IMG/VR virus record: IMGVR_UViG_3300048572_000044
Coordinates: 1-56,415 of that record
DNA length: 56,415 nt
Origin: a virus
Taxonomy: Duplodnaviria; Caudoviricetes
Direction: 5' to 3' (one strand)
Part shown: positions 7,814 to 17,372 of the stretch, one piece after another
Layout of the letters: every line of letters starts with the position of its first letter
Position numbering within the stretch: the first letter of the stretch is position 1
The notes under the pieces: generated by a model
Told to the model about the DNA's origin: nothing
Databases searched by the model: none
Seen by the model: the letters and a program-made list of their open reading frames with translations, nothing else
Program-made: the position numbers and the translations under genes

Positions 7814-8400
7814 TGTCTGATTGGCGGAATAATGAATTACCTGAATTACCATTTAATGAAATAATAAAAGATATACCTGAGTATGAAGCAAAATATGCAA
7901 TTACGAATCATGGTAGAATTTGGAGTTATCCATTAAAAAATACTATAGGTGTCAATCATAACGGTAAATGGTTAAAACCAGCTCTTTCACATCATAAATA
8001 TTATAGAGTGCATTTATGTATAAATGGAAAATATAAAAGTTATTTTGTTCATAGATTAGTTGCTTATACATATATGAAAAAACCTGTAGATAAAACAGAA
8101 ATCAATCATATCAATGGAAATAAATTAGATAATAGATTAGAAAATTTAGAATGGTGCACATCTTCCGAGAATCAACAGCATGCTTTTAGGCTTGGATTAC
8201 AAAAGGGTAGAATAGGCAAAAATAATCCCATAGCAAAAGCAGTCAAATGTATAGAAACTGGTGTGATATATGATACTTTAACGATTGCCGCTCAAAATGT
8301 AGGGGGATCAGTATCTCTTCTTTCAAAATGTTGCAGTAAAAAATTTGTTAATAAGACGGCATATGGTTATACTTGGGAGCTAATAAATGTGGAGAAATAG
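7813..8400 (+). CDS. NUMOD4-HNH homing endonuclease
   Basis: IPEYEAKYAITNHGRIWS (NUMOD4); VHRLVA..INHINGNKLDNRLENLEW (HNH); C-terminal NUMOD1-like helix. Confidence 0.9.
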   Translation: MSDWRNNELPELPFNEIIKDIPEYEAKYAITNHGRIWSYPLKNTIGVNHNGKWLKPALSHHKYYRVHLCINGKYKSYFVHRLVAYTYMKKPVDKTEINHINGNKLDNRLENLEWCTSSENQQHAFRLGLQKGRIGKNNPIAKAVKCIETGVIYDTLTIAAQNVGGSVSLLSKCCSKKFVNKTAYGYTWELINVEK

Positions 8401-9094
8401 ATTTATGCAACCATCAAGAATGGATACGTTTGCTATGTATCTAACCAATGAATACTGGGGTCGTAAAGATGAAGATGGAGAGCTTATTGAATTTACTGAT
8501 CAACTATTTGTGGATGAATTACTTAAAAAATTTGAGAAAACTCCAGAAATGAAAGCTGGTACGGCATTGCATAAGATTCTTGAGTTAAGTCAATATCAGG
8601 AAGAGCTTCACTCCATTATTGGCATAGATGGAGAAATGTATCAGTTTGAATATTGCATAGATGAATCAATTAATATAGTTTTACCTATATTAAGAGAAAA
8701 AAAAATCAATAAACAATTCAATGACATAATTGTAAATGGGGTTGTTGATGCTATTAATGCAACAACTATTTGGGATCATAAATTTACCAAGCAAATTAGA
8801 TATGAAAAATATGCAAATTCATATCAATGGCGTATATATTTATGGATGGAAGGATTAAATACTTTTAAATATAACATCTTTCAAGGTAAAGTATTGCCTT
8901 CTACTATCGAGCCAGTAATGAATAACATTAGAATTGATAAATTTGAAGCATTTGACTTTGAGCGATATGCGGGAATGGATAGAGAAATTGAGGATCTCTA
9001 TACTTATTATTGGGAAATATTAAATAAACTGAAACCATTAATTATTGAAACAGCACATATAAACAATATTATTCTTAAAGGAGAACTATCATAA
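8387..9094 (+). CDS. PD-(D/E)XK exonuclease (RecB/Cas4-like)
   Basis: GTALHKILE, GVVD..IWDHK, QWRIYL motifs. Confidence 0.8.
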   Translation: MWRNRFMQPSRMDTFAMYLTNEYWGRKDEDGELIEFTDQLFVDELLKKFEKTPEMKAGTALHKILELSQYQEELHSIIGIDGEMYQFEYCIDESINIVLPILREKKINKQFNDIIVNGVVDAINATTIWDHKFTKQIRYEKYANSYQWRIYLWMEGLNTFKYNIFQGKVLPSTIEPVMNNIRIDKFEAFDFERYAGMDREIEDLYTYYWEILNKLKPLIIETAHINNIILKGELS

Positions 9095-9480
9095 AAGAGA
9101 TTATAATAACAGGTCATGCGGGTCGTAATCCAGAAGTTAGGGTTAGCCAAGAGGGTAAAGAATACGCAACATTTTCAGTTGGTGTAAATGTAGGTAAAGA
9201 TAAAACTGATTGGTGTGACATATCGGTTAGCGGTAAACAAATTGATATGGTGCGTAATTACATTAAGAAAGGCACTAAAGTTTTAATTAGTGGATTTCCT
9301 AATACTAAAGCATATTTAAATAAAAACAATCAACCTATGTCTACATTACAAATTTATGCTAGAAACATTGAATTACTTGGCAAAAAAGAAGATCACGAAG
9401 ATCCTACATATCATCTACCACCAATTGATGAATCTCTGATGGATAATGGATCTTTAGCTTCTGATGATATACCATTTTAA
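9091..9480 (+). CDS. ssb: single-stranded DNA-binding protein, ATA start
   Basis: Frame is open upstream of the listed ATG 9247 back to ATA 9091 and reads IKEIIITGHAGRNPEVR (SSB N-terminus); AAGGAG RBS; C-terminal DDIPF. Confidence 0.88.
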   Translation: MKEIIITGHAGRNPEVRVSQEGKEYATFSVGVNVGKDKTDWCDISVSGKQIDMVRNYIKKGTKVLISGFPNTKAYLNKNNQPMSTLQIYARNIELLGKKEDHEDPTYHLPPIDESLMDNGSLASDDIPF

Positions 9481-9482
9481 TT

Positions 9483-9740
9483 ATGATTAAATATAGAGAA
9501 CATAGAGGCAGTTTACAAGAAAGTCTTGATACTGCTAGAGAATTTAGTACTTTAAAAGATTGTTTACAGTATATAAAAGGCGCTTATAATGATTTTCCAG
9601 GACATAACATAAAAAATATAAAAGACTTTTCAATTGCATATTATGGTTATGATGAGAGGGTTCATCAGGAACTATATAGGGTATATTGCCATTCAGAACT
9701 TCCATTTATTCTTGGGTTTATTTATGAGGAAACAGAATGA
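9483..9740 (+). CDS. hypothetical phage protein
   Basis: YREHRGSLQESL..YGYDER; coupled ORF. Confidence 0.65.
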   Translation: MIKYREHRGSLQESLDTAREFSTLKDCLQYIKGAYNDFPGHNIKNIKDFSIAYYGYDERVHQELYRVYCHSELPFILGFIYEETE

Positions 9741-10147
9741 TTTATGCAGAGTATGAAGAACAGAAACAGCTAATCAAATGGTGGCGTGATTTAAAAACTA
9801 TCAAAAAAATACCATCACACTATCATCTGATTTGTACTGATACAGCAGCAAAGCGCACTATTGGACAGCAAATTAGATATAAAGCCATAGGTGGTGAATC
9901 CGGTACACCTGATTTGTTTTTAGCATTACCGGGAGTAATTTATGATAAAAACTGCTATGGCTTATGGATCGAGATGAAAAAGCCAGATGTCAAATCTAAA
10001 ACTGGAAAAGGAAAAGGTGGTGTAAGCGCCGCGCAAAAGAAAATATTATGTGATTTGAGAGATATTGGTTATGGAATTGTAGTCTGTTATTCTGCAATTG
10101 AAGCACAAAAAATAATTAATGACTATTTGGGAATGAAATTAATATGA
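9737..10147 (+). CDS. VRR-NUC domain nuclease
   Basis: EYEEQ..GTPDLFL..LWIEMK..SAAQK motifs. Confidence 0.85.
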   Translation: MIYAEYEEQKQLIKWWRDLKTIKKIPSHYHLICTDTAAKRTIGQQIRYKAIGGESGTPDLFLALPGVIYDKNCYGLWIEMKKPDVKSKTGKGKGGVSAAQKKILCDLRDIGYGIVVCYSAIEAQKIINDYLGMKLI

Positions 10148-10410
10148 TGAACAAACAATGTCCAAAATGTAATCAATGGGTAGCTACCTATAATAATAAC
10201 TATATTTTAAAGCATTCTGGATGCAATTATGGACAAAATGAAGATGATATAGCTTCAACTATTACTCAAATAGCTATAGCAGAAGAAGTAATGTCGCTTT
10301 TTGATGATTCTTCATCTTCTGTAGATTCAAGCTGTAGCTCAGACACTTCTTCCTCTGATATTGGTGGTGGTGGTGATTTTGGTGGCGGAGGAACTTCAAG
10401 TGATTGGTAA
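10144..10410 (+). CDS. small protein with Ser/Gly-rich tail ending GGGGDFGGGGTSSDW
   Basis: CPKC near the N-terminus; tail resembles the C-terminus of TPM/YgcG-family proteins. Confidence 0.65.
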   Translation: MMNKQCPKCNQWVATYNNNYILKHSGCNYGQNEDDIASTITQIAIAEEVMSLFDDSSSSVDSSCSSDTSSSDIGGGGDFGGGGTSSDW

Positions 10411-10810
10411 TAGAGAATATAAAGAGTTAATCGAAAAATTAAATAAATTACCAAAAGGTTTTCATGTAATTAACAATATTGAATTCATAAAAATATCCCT
10501 CAGTGGTACTTCTATCGGACATGGCTATCATGAAAATTATACGAATTTTAATATAGTGTTAAAAGATGGAAGCATTCATTATATACCAGATGAAATTAAT
10601 GATCATTGTTATAGTTTAGAAACATTATTCCCATTAGCAAAAATATTTAACATAAAAGTATATGGTTGGAAATGGGCTTGGGAAAGATATTCACCTATGG
10701 ATGAAGATTATGCTCATGGGGAATATTTTACTGTAAATGAAGAATTTAACCAAAATCATTTAGGTCATATCACGAATAAATTAATAAGTAAAGAATTTGT
10801 TGAATACTAA
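10361..10810 (+). CDS. hypothetical protein (start probably GTG ~10400)
   Basis: Last ORF of the rightward block; converges on the endolysin. Confidence 0.6.
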   Translation: MVVVVILVAEELQVIGNREYKELIEKLNKLPKGFHVINNIEFIKISLSGTSIGHGYHENYTNFNIVLKDGSIHYIPDEINDHCYSLETLFPLAKIFNIKVYGWKWAWERYSPMDEDYAHGEYFTVNEEFNQNHLGHITNKLISKEFVEY

Positions 10811-11217
10811 ATAGTTTTACCGGCTTGTAAATCTTGCCAAGTTAAGCCATTAGTGTATTGTAAGTGTGGACGATCTTTGAATGATTTCCAGTCGCCGCCC
10901 CATTCCAAGCCGCAACTAACCCCAAGTTTTCCACAAAGCAAAAATAGTAAATCATCATTATACTGCGCTTTATTATCATATATGGGAGCAAAATCAAAGG
11001 CTAATCTATAGTTATGAATAGACTGTCCGGGTTTTGCATCAGTAACTTTTTTACCCAAAGGGCGTCCTTGACTATATAATTTTGCTTGCGCTTCATTATC
11101 TCTGTATGTACTAGTAATTGTGATAGTAATCCCAGAATCCTTACATTTTGCAATAAAGGCATTGCACATTTTCTGTACTACAGGATTAAGTTGATCTATT
11201 GCACGAGAATCTACCAT
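10807..11217 (-). CDS. endolysin, M15 family (L-Ala-D-Glu-type) peptidase
   Basis: TYR..Q..LY.QGR, SIHNYRLAFD, WGGDW..DRPHLQ. Confidence 0.9.
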   Translation of the reverse strand: MVDSRAIDQLNPVVQKMCNAFIAKCKDSGITITITSTYRDNEAQAKLYSQGRPLGKKVTDAKPGQSIHNYRLAFDFAPIYDNKAQYNDDLLFLLCGKLGVSCGLEWGGDWKSFKDRPHLQYTNGLTWQDLQAGKTI

Positions 11218-11393
11218 TGATATGACCCATTAATTAAGTTTATATATGAGACTGCCGCTGGGTAATATTTCATAAATTGTAATAATCCATTAGAAATTAA
11301 CGGTGCAATTGAATCACTGGATTGGTATTGTTCCGAAAAATCCAATGTTCCGCAGGAGGTCAAACATAATAACAATATTATGGATATTTTCAT
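11211..11393 (-). CDS. small lipoprotein (spanin-like)
   Basis: Signal peptide with lipobox LTSC; lies in the lysis cassette. Confidence 0.55.
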   Translation of the reverse strand: MKISIILLLCLTSCGTLDFSEQYQSSDSIAPLISNGLLQFMKYYPAAVSYINLINGSYQW

Positions 11394-11399
11394 AGATAA

Positions 11400-11648
11400 C
11401 TATTTTTTAAATAAAGCAGCAATAATACCAACAATCGCTACTCCTAATGCACTTACTACAGCATCATTGTGCACCAAATTAGTTATTAAATCCTTAGCTG
11501 CACCCAATAAGATAAATTGAATAAATTCCACAAATTCTTTATTATGAAATAAGTCCAAATATACTACAGTTAATCCAAATACTAAAAAAATCCTAAATGA
11601 AGACTTTGGCCAATGATCTTTAAACCATGCTAATATTTTACTCATCAA
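11400..11648 (-). CDS. putative holin
   Basis: 2-3 hydrophobic segments, basic C-terminus, Met-Met start, upstream of the endolysin. Confidence 0.6.
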   Translation of the reverse strand: MMSKILAWFKDHWPKSSFRIFLVFGLTVVYLDLFHNKEFVEFIQFILLGAAKDLITNLVHNDAVVSALGVAIVGIIAALFKK

Positions 11649-11962
11649 CTAGCTTTCAATTGACTTTTAACGCCAGCTAATTCAGCCTTTAAGGCACTAA
11701 TTTCTTTATCATGAGATCGCGTATCATGTTTGATTTCGCCTATATCTTTTGCAACGGAGGACATTTGCATACCATATTTACTTAATTCTACCTGCATATT
11801 ATGTTGAGAATTAGATACATTTTTAGTTTCAGTAATCACGGTATCCAATTTTTGTTCATTATTTTTACTGGCTTGTTGTAATCTAATATATCCTACGATT
11901 ATTGCAACTAGAGAAGCTACGATACTAAAATGATTTATAAAAAACTGTTCTACCTCTTGCAT
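11645..11962 (-). CDS. membrane-anchored coiled-coil lysis protein (holin- or inner-spanin-like)
   Basis: One N-terminal TM segment followed by a coiled coil. Confidence 0.55.
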   Translation of the reverse strand: MQEVEQFFINHFSIVASLVAIIVGYIRLQQASKNNEQKLDTVITETKNVSNSQHNMQVELSKYGMQMSSVAKDIGEIKHDTRSHDKEISALKAELAGVKSQLKAS

Positions 11963-12378
11963 TTATTCATGCTCCAATAAATTATCGCCCATATCAAAAC
12001 GTATGCTATCATTGCAATATCAATCCCGATAAAAAGCAATTGTAGCGCCGTAGGTTCGATAATATAATCTCTATAATCTTCTAACGTATAATAGCCATTT
12101 CGCCAAGTAAGGAAAAAAGCTATTAGCGCCATCTTAGGATTAAAGGACTTATCAAATTCAACTAGAATTTTACTAATAAAATAAATCGACAAAAAAGCAG
12201 TTGCCATATTTATAGGGGTAAATATCCAAGCTAGTATAAAACTTGTCACACCTTCTTTAGTCACAAATGTACCAAGCGCATTAGTTTGAATTGTCCACCT
12301 AAGACAGGCGTACCAAAAAAATAGACTCCATCCAAGAAGTGCATACAATTCTTTTTTAGTATATTTAAATTTTAACAA
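11950..12378 (-). CDS. multi-pass membrane protein
   Basis: About four hydrophobic segments. Confidence 0.6.
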   Translation of the reverse strand: MLKFKYTKKELYALLGWSLFFWYACLRWTIQTNALGTFVTKEGVTSFILAWIFTPINMATAFLSIYFISKILVEFDKSFNPKMALIAFFLTWRNGYYTLEDYRDYIIEPTALQLLFIGIDIAMIAYVLIWAIIYWSMNKCKR

Positions 12379-12392
12379 TTAACTATTCCTAA

Positions 12393-13094
12393 TTAAACGG
12401 GATCTGGATATAAACTACTCTCACTAACCACTCGCCATCCAGTCATACCATCACTCACAACGCCAACAACGGTTGTATTAGTTACTGAGCCAGCCGGAGT
12501 ATAGGGAGTTGCCGTTAGATAGTTTAGTTTATAACCGGTAAGAACCTCTATTGAACCGGGTGTAAGTCCAGCAGGGAATTCAATATAAACAGGCAATCCC
12601 ATTCGTACGCCCGGTCCATCAGCTTCAGGTAGTATGATAGTTTGACCAAGTGCAGTTACACGAATAAATCCATGAAAAGGCAACGCATAGGAACTCTCAG
12701 CGGTAGTCAATGTGCTATACGAAGTTATCGCACCAGCAGCAAGCTTTTGAAGCGCCTCAAAAATTGTATCTGTCTCAAGAATTGGCACTGCATTTGCGTA
12801 GAATATATAAAATCCGGGAAGTAATTTATTTAAAATAGCAGCAGTAGTTGCTAGAGTTGTAGAGCTATCAGAACCAAGAGGTGTGGGTGCTGTTGGTGTA
12901 CCTGTAAAAGCTGGGCTATCTACAGTAGCTCGATCGTTAATCTGAGTTTGAATATCAGAGGTTACATTAGCTAAATAGCCAAGTGTTGTAGACGTATTAG
13001 TGCCAGGACTTAAATGTGCCGGGTCTGCAAACCCATCAGATTCAATTCCATACACCCCATCCGCTATATTTTTTCCGCCATTAAATGACATCAT
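12393..13094 (-). CDS. tail fibre / virion appendage protein
   Basis: GYLANVTSDIQTQIN motif; SPAFTGTPTAPT fibre repeat; TDTIFEALQKL motif. Confidence 0.7.
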   Translation of the reverse strand: MMSFNGGKNIADGVYGIESDGFADPAHLSPGTNTSTTLGYLANVTSDIQTQINDRATVDSPAFTGTPTAPTPLGSDSSTTLATTAAILNKLLPGFYIFYANAVPILETDTIFEALQKLAAGAITSYSTLTTAESSYALPFHGFIRVTALGQTIILPEADGPGVRMGLPVYIEFPAGLTPGSIEVLTGYKLNYLTATPYTPAGSVTNTTVVGVVSDGMTGWRVVSESSLYPDPV

Positions 13095-13111
13095 TTATCA
13101 CCTTTTTAATA

Positions 13112-13609
13112 TTATACAAGATACCATGTAATCCCATTACTTTGAGCACTTTGCGAATTATGAGCACCATGAATTGCAAAAGTACCATTTAATGTACCAT
13201 CTAATGATTCCCCAACAGGAACCGCTAATGTACCTAGAATTGCTCCAGTCCCCATTTTAAGAGTATATGTTGTCACGCCCGGGATTACGCCCGTAGCATT
13301 TGCCGCAGGCAATGTACCGATTTTATTATTAGAATCCATAATCACTAATGTTTCAGAAGCTAAAAATTGATGATTTGCAGAAACATTAATAGAACCATAT
13401 GCCGTAGGGGCTGTACCAGCCAATTTTTGAATTGCTTGTAATATAGTATCCGCAGCAGTTACAGTGCCTGAAACAGCAATAAGTCCAGTTAATATTTGAT
13501 TAATAATTGATATTGTCTTTGCTGCACCTTTTGAGTCAATAGACTGTATAGCTGTTCCTTCTATTCCTATAGAAGGTTGCGCCGAAGTATAATCAGCCAA
13601 AATACTCAT
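13112..13609 (-). CDS. tail fibre / appendage protein
   Basis: ADTILQAIQKLAG motif and C-terminal beta domain shared with neighbours. Confidence 0.65.
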   Translation of the reverse strand: MSILADYTSAQPSIGIEGTAIQSIDSKGAAKTISIINQILTGLIAVSGTVTAADTILQAIQKLAGTAPTAYGSINVSANHQFLASETLVIMDSNNKIGTLPAANATGVIPGVTTYTLKMGTGAILGTLAVPVGESLDGTLNGTFAIHGAHNSQSAQSNGITWYLV

Positions 13610-13618
13610 ATTAATTCC

Positions 13619-15301
13619 TTAAATAATTATGATCTGTTTAACTACCGCACCTGCTGGAATTGTAGGAGCTGGTAAAGGGGTTAATTGTCCAGTGCTATTG
13701 TCTATACTATATTGACCAATCAATGCGTCTGCGGTAATTGACACATATAAGAATTTATTATTTGGTGAAATTCTTAAATTTCCCGGATTAGTCCCTGATA
13801 TAGAAGCTGGAGTTTGTAGAATTAATTGTCCAGTAGTAGTATTGATAATATAGCATCCTATAGTTGCATCATTGACATTTATTACATAACCAAATAATCC
13901 ATTAGGTGTTATTGTAAAATTAAGAGGACCGGAGCCAGTTCCGATTATTAGAGGTGTTAAAAGAGTTAATTGTCCCGTAACGCTATCTATGCTATATGGA
14001 CTAATCGTATTATCATTATGATTTGTTACATAAGCAAATTCACCAGAAGGGTGTACGGTTATACTAATTGGTTCATTCCCAGCCCCAATTGTTGGCGTAC
14101 CTAAAGGTGTCAATAATCCAGTAATGACGTCTATGCTAAATTGTCGCACTTCATTAAGAGTAATATCAGTAACATATAAAAACTTGCCATTAGGTGTTAT
14201 TGCCATTTGCCACGGGAATGTACCAGCGGGTATACTTGCTGGAGTCAATGGTGATAATATTCCAGTAGCACTATTTACACTAAACATATGCAAATCTGAA
14301 CCAACTGTTACTACATATACAAATTTCCCACTTGGGTGCATGGCAATATAGAACGGGACTGGCACTGATATTGTTGGCGTGGTTAAGGGAACCAATTGCC
14401 CTGTAATTATATTCGTACCATACATTTGAATTATATTAGAGCCGCCACTCGGAATATAAACAAATTCTCCATTAGGGGTAGATATCATGTCTTCGGCAGA
14501 TGCGTCAGCAGCTATGGGTATTGTTGCCGGAGATAGATTAGCTAATTGTCCCGTAATACTATTTATCCGATATTGATTAACTGTATTATCATCCCTATTA
14601 ACACAATACGCATATACTGATGATGCAGGATACGTGCCTATGGCATTAGTAATACCATCCAATGTTAATGAAATATCAGGTGCAGGTAATGCGGTTAAAT
14701 CATAGCAAATATATCCTGTAATTACTGGATTATCGCTATTAAATGATCGGCTATTGCGCGTGCAAACAAATGTGAAATCAGTCGAACCATACAACAATCC
14801 ACCGGTCAATCTAAAAGTAACTGCAATATATGGGTTTGGAGTAGTTGATCTATAATGTGCAAAAAATGTAAGGTATTGGCTTAGATTAGATTCCGTGATA
14901 ATTCCAGCGGAATCATTTACTGTACTAATTTTAACAGCCGGCCGCGATAAGAAATTATAGTTATTCACGCAAAGTTGGAATAATATAGTCAATTGATTGC
15001 CAGTTACATCATCAATAATATCTAACGTATAGGACCCGCTAGTATCTAAAATTGGAGCTGCCGCGATTATTATATCTGTAGTTGTGTTAATTCCTGTGGT
15101 AAAAGTACCGTTTTGAGTTTCTGCCGCAACACCACCACTGATAAGAGCATTAATTTGCGCTTGAATGTCAGAGGTTACATTCGCCAGATAACCTAATTTT
15201 GTTGATGTAATAGTACCTGGCGCTAAAATTGACGGATCAGCAAATCCATCAGCCTCTAATCCATATACCCCACCTGGCTCATTTTTTGGATCCCATGACA
15301 T
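13619..15301 (-). CDS. appendage protein with C-terminal beta-propeller (lactonase/YVTN-like), candidate receptor-binding protein
   Basis: N-terminal GYLANVTSDIQAQIN motif; ~7 repeats of ITPNGKFLYV..YSIDSVTGQLTPL. Confidence 0.75.
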   Translation of the reverse strand: MSWDPKNEPGGVYGLEADGFADPSILAPGTITSTKLGYLANVTSDIQAQINALISGGVAAETQNGTFTTGINTTTDIIIAAAPILDTSGSYTLDIIDDVTGNQLTILFQLCVNNYNFLSRPAVKISTVNDSAGIITESNLSQYLTFFAHYRSTTPNPYIAVTFRLTGGLLYGSTDFTFVCTRNSRSFNSDNPVITGYICYDLTALPAPDISLTLDGITNAIGTYPASSVYAYCVNRDDNTVNQYRINSITGQLANLSPATIPIAADASAEDMISTPNGEFVYIPSGGSNIIQMYGTNIITGQLVPLTTPTISVPVPFYIAMHPSGKFVYVVTVGSDLHMFSVNSATGILSPLTPASIPAGTFPWQMAITPNGKFLYVTDITLNEVRQFSIDVITGLLTPLGTPTIGAGNEPISITVHPSGEFAYVTNHNDNTISPYSIDSVTGQLTLLTPLIIGTGSGPLNFTITPNGLFGYVINVNDATIGCYIINTTTGQLILQTPASISGTNPGNLRISPNNKFLYVSITADALIGQYSIDNSTGQLTPLPAPTIPAGAVVKQIIII

Positions 15302-15328
15302 GATTTATTTCCTTAAATTGTTAAATTG

Positions 15329-16843
15329 TTATTTAATTAACCAACCATGAACTGGATCGATGTAGAATACTTTGGTAGCGTATGCGCCCGTAATACTTAT
15401 AGCACTAGCACTTTCATTAATAGTATCGCCGGTATCTGGAACAATTGAAGAAATCGCTATATTTAAATTGGTGATAGTGATTTCCGCAAAAGCTCCCCAT
15501 GCCGCCAATACAGCACTACTTGATGGCAATGTTATAGTCAAAACAGTCGTACCGACCGCTACATAATTTGTATCAACGGCTATTTGACCAGATGAATTAA
15601 TTGTAGCGCCTTGTTTGTGGATTAAGACTATTGGGGCAGTCGGTGTGGTATTATCTATCGCTATACCTTGGAGTCCGGTAATTGAAGTAATAGCGCTTGC
15701 GGCATTACCGGCTATTTTTCCAATAGCCTGTACTACTGTATCCGTATTACTTACTGTTCCAGGAGTGGCCGTAAAGCTAGTTAATACCTGATCTATAACT
15801 ACCATTAAATTTTGAAGTCCATTGCTATCAATAAACTGTACTGCACTTCCGGCAGTTAGAGTTCTAGGCTGAACAGGATTACTGTTAGCATTCGGTAAAG
15901 TAAATATATGAGAACCCGTCAATGTTGCCATTGTCCAAGTCATTGTATTTGTTGTACCGGTTACTAAAAAATTCGTATTAGCAGAAAGAGTTTCGCTAGT
16001 GAATCCCGGAGTCAATGAAGTGGAAAATATATTACCAATTAATACCATATTAGTACCAGCAGCATATGAATTTTGTTGTTGTTGATATGTGATAGCAGTA
16101 ACATCAATTGTACCGGTAGGATTATTGGTATTAATCCAGGCAGTATTGCCAAACGTTGAACCGCCAGCATTGACATAAATCCTGCTACCCACAACCTCAG
16201 CCCATGTACTCATGGTTGAAAGGCGAGTTAATGGTGTTGCTGCGCCGTTATAAGTATACAATCCACCTTCTGAGGCGGTCGTTTGACTACCACCGGAAGC
16301 GGCTGGTAGTAAAAACACTATATCGCCATTACTAGGAGTTATACCATCCCAGTTTGTTGCTCCAGGAGTTGCAATAGTTTTATTGGCAGTTGCGATGGCC
16401 AAGCATTCAAAATTAACGTAACCGCTAATAATGTTATTAATCTGAGTTTGAATGTCGCTAGTAACGTTAGTTAAATAGCCGAATTTTGTAGACGTTACAG
16501 TATTTGGTAAAATATTAAGAGGATCTAATCCGATAATTTTTAAATCTGAAGTTGGACCACTTGGATTGGTTATATCTATTGAACTGTCAGAACTTGTAAG
16601 ACCAGTAATTCCACCTCCGCTACCGCCAGCATCTGCAAATAATGTCCATAACGAACTTACACCAGGTACTGCACCAATTGGAGGATTTAAACCACCATTA
16701 TAATTAGCAATATATACGTCTCCGCTATATACCACGGTTGGAGATAAATAAGATAATGGACTTATACCAGTTAATGGCTTAACTGCATATTGTATAGCAC
16801 CATTCCATGTACCTAAAAAGCTTGGAACTAAAGATAAACTCAT
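15329..16843 (-). CDS. tail fibre protein
   Basis: Thr/Gly-rich; contains both shared motifs plus DGITPSNGDIVFL..Q..SEGGLYTY..LTR fibre segment. Confidence 0.75.
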   Translation of the reverse strand: MSLSLVPSFLGTWNGAIQYAVKPLTGISPLSYLSPTVVYSGDVYIANYNGGLNPPIGAVPGVSSLWTLFADAGGSGGGITGLTSSDSSIDITNPSGPTSDLKIIGLDPLNILPNTVTSTKFGYLTNVTSDIQTQINNIISGYVNFECLAIATANKTIATPGATNWDGITPSNGDIVFLLPAASGGSQTTASEGGLYTYNGAATPLTRLSTMSTWAEVVGSRIYVNAGGSTFGNTAWINTNNPTGTIDVTAITYQQQQNSYAAGTNMVLIGNIFSTSLTPGFTSETLSANTNFLVTGTTNTMTWTMATLTGSHIFTLPNANSNPVQPRTLTAGSAVQFIDSNGLQNLMVVIDQVLTSFTATPGTVSNTDTVVQAIGKIAGNAASAITSITGLQGIAIDNTTPTAPIVLIHKQGATINSSGQIAVDTNYVAVGTTVLTITLPSSSAVLAAWGAFAEITITNLNIAISSIVPDTGDTINESASAISITGAYATKVFYIDPVHGWLIK

Positions 16844-16873
16844 GAATATTCATCCTAAAAGATTATTTATTCA

Positions 16874-16912
16874 TGAATTGTAGCAAAATCACTTAGAAAA
16901 ACACTGGACAAA
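16874..16912 (-). promoter_or_regulatory. 39-bp repeat copy 1, putative late promoter
   Basis: TTTGTCCAGTGTTTTTCTAAGTGATTTTGCTACAATTCA, identical to 35403-35441; contains extended -10 TGcTACAAT. Confidence 0.7.
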
Positions 16913-16922
16913 ATAAATTAAT

Positions 16923-17360
16923 TTATAATAAAAACTCCGGTTTCAATGGAAGAGCAAGCTCATAATCTCGCGATTCTTTAATATTCATTATTTCAAGCAA
17001 TTCATCTAGATATTTACCCAATTCTAGTTGTTGGTCATGTGATAATTTACTAAATTGATGACGGTCAAGATTACCGGCTTGATAAGCTTGTCTTGCTTGT
17101 GCAATTGCAGCGTTATTAACTCTATCAAGAATAGCTTTAACGTCAGGAATCCATGAGTTTGTAGCCTCATCCCAAATTGTATCTTTATCGCGAATCTGAA
17201 GATTGCCATTTGCATCTTTATAGATTATTTGATCTTTGTTATGTCTTGCGTCATGATAAATATTGTAATCTTCTTCAGTGAGTTCTTTCCAAAAAATAAT
17301 ATTTTCTCCTGACGCAAGATAGACTTTATTATCCACTCCTATTTGATAAGCATATTTCAT
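16923..17360 (-). CDS. putative tail fibre assembly chaperone
   Basis: Follows a fibre gene; WDEATNSWI and C-terminal LGKYLDEL..LPLKP pattern. Confidence 0.65.
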   Translation of the reverse strand: MKYAYQIGVDNKVYLASGENIIFWKELTEEDYNIYHDARHNKDQIIYKDANGNLQIRDKDTIWDEATNSWIPDVKAILDRVNNAAIAQARQAYQAGNLDRHQFSKLSHDQQLELGKYLDELLEIMNIKESRDYELALPLKPEFLL

Positions 17361-17372
17361 ATTTTTATTCCT

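Noticed and set aside
7813-8400. HNH gene as part of a self-splicing intron
   Set aside because: The flanking genes are complete and directly coupled to it, leaving no room for intron core sequence; it is free-standing
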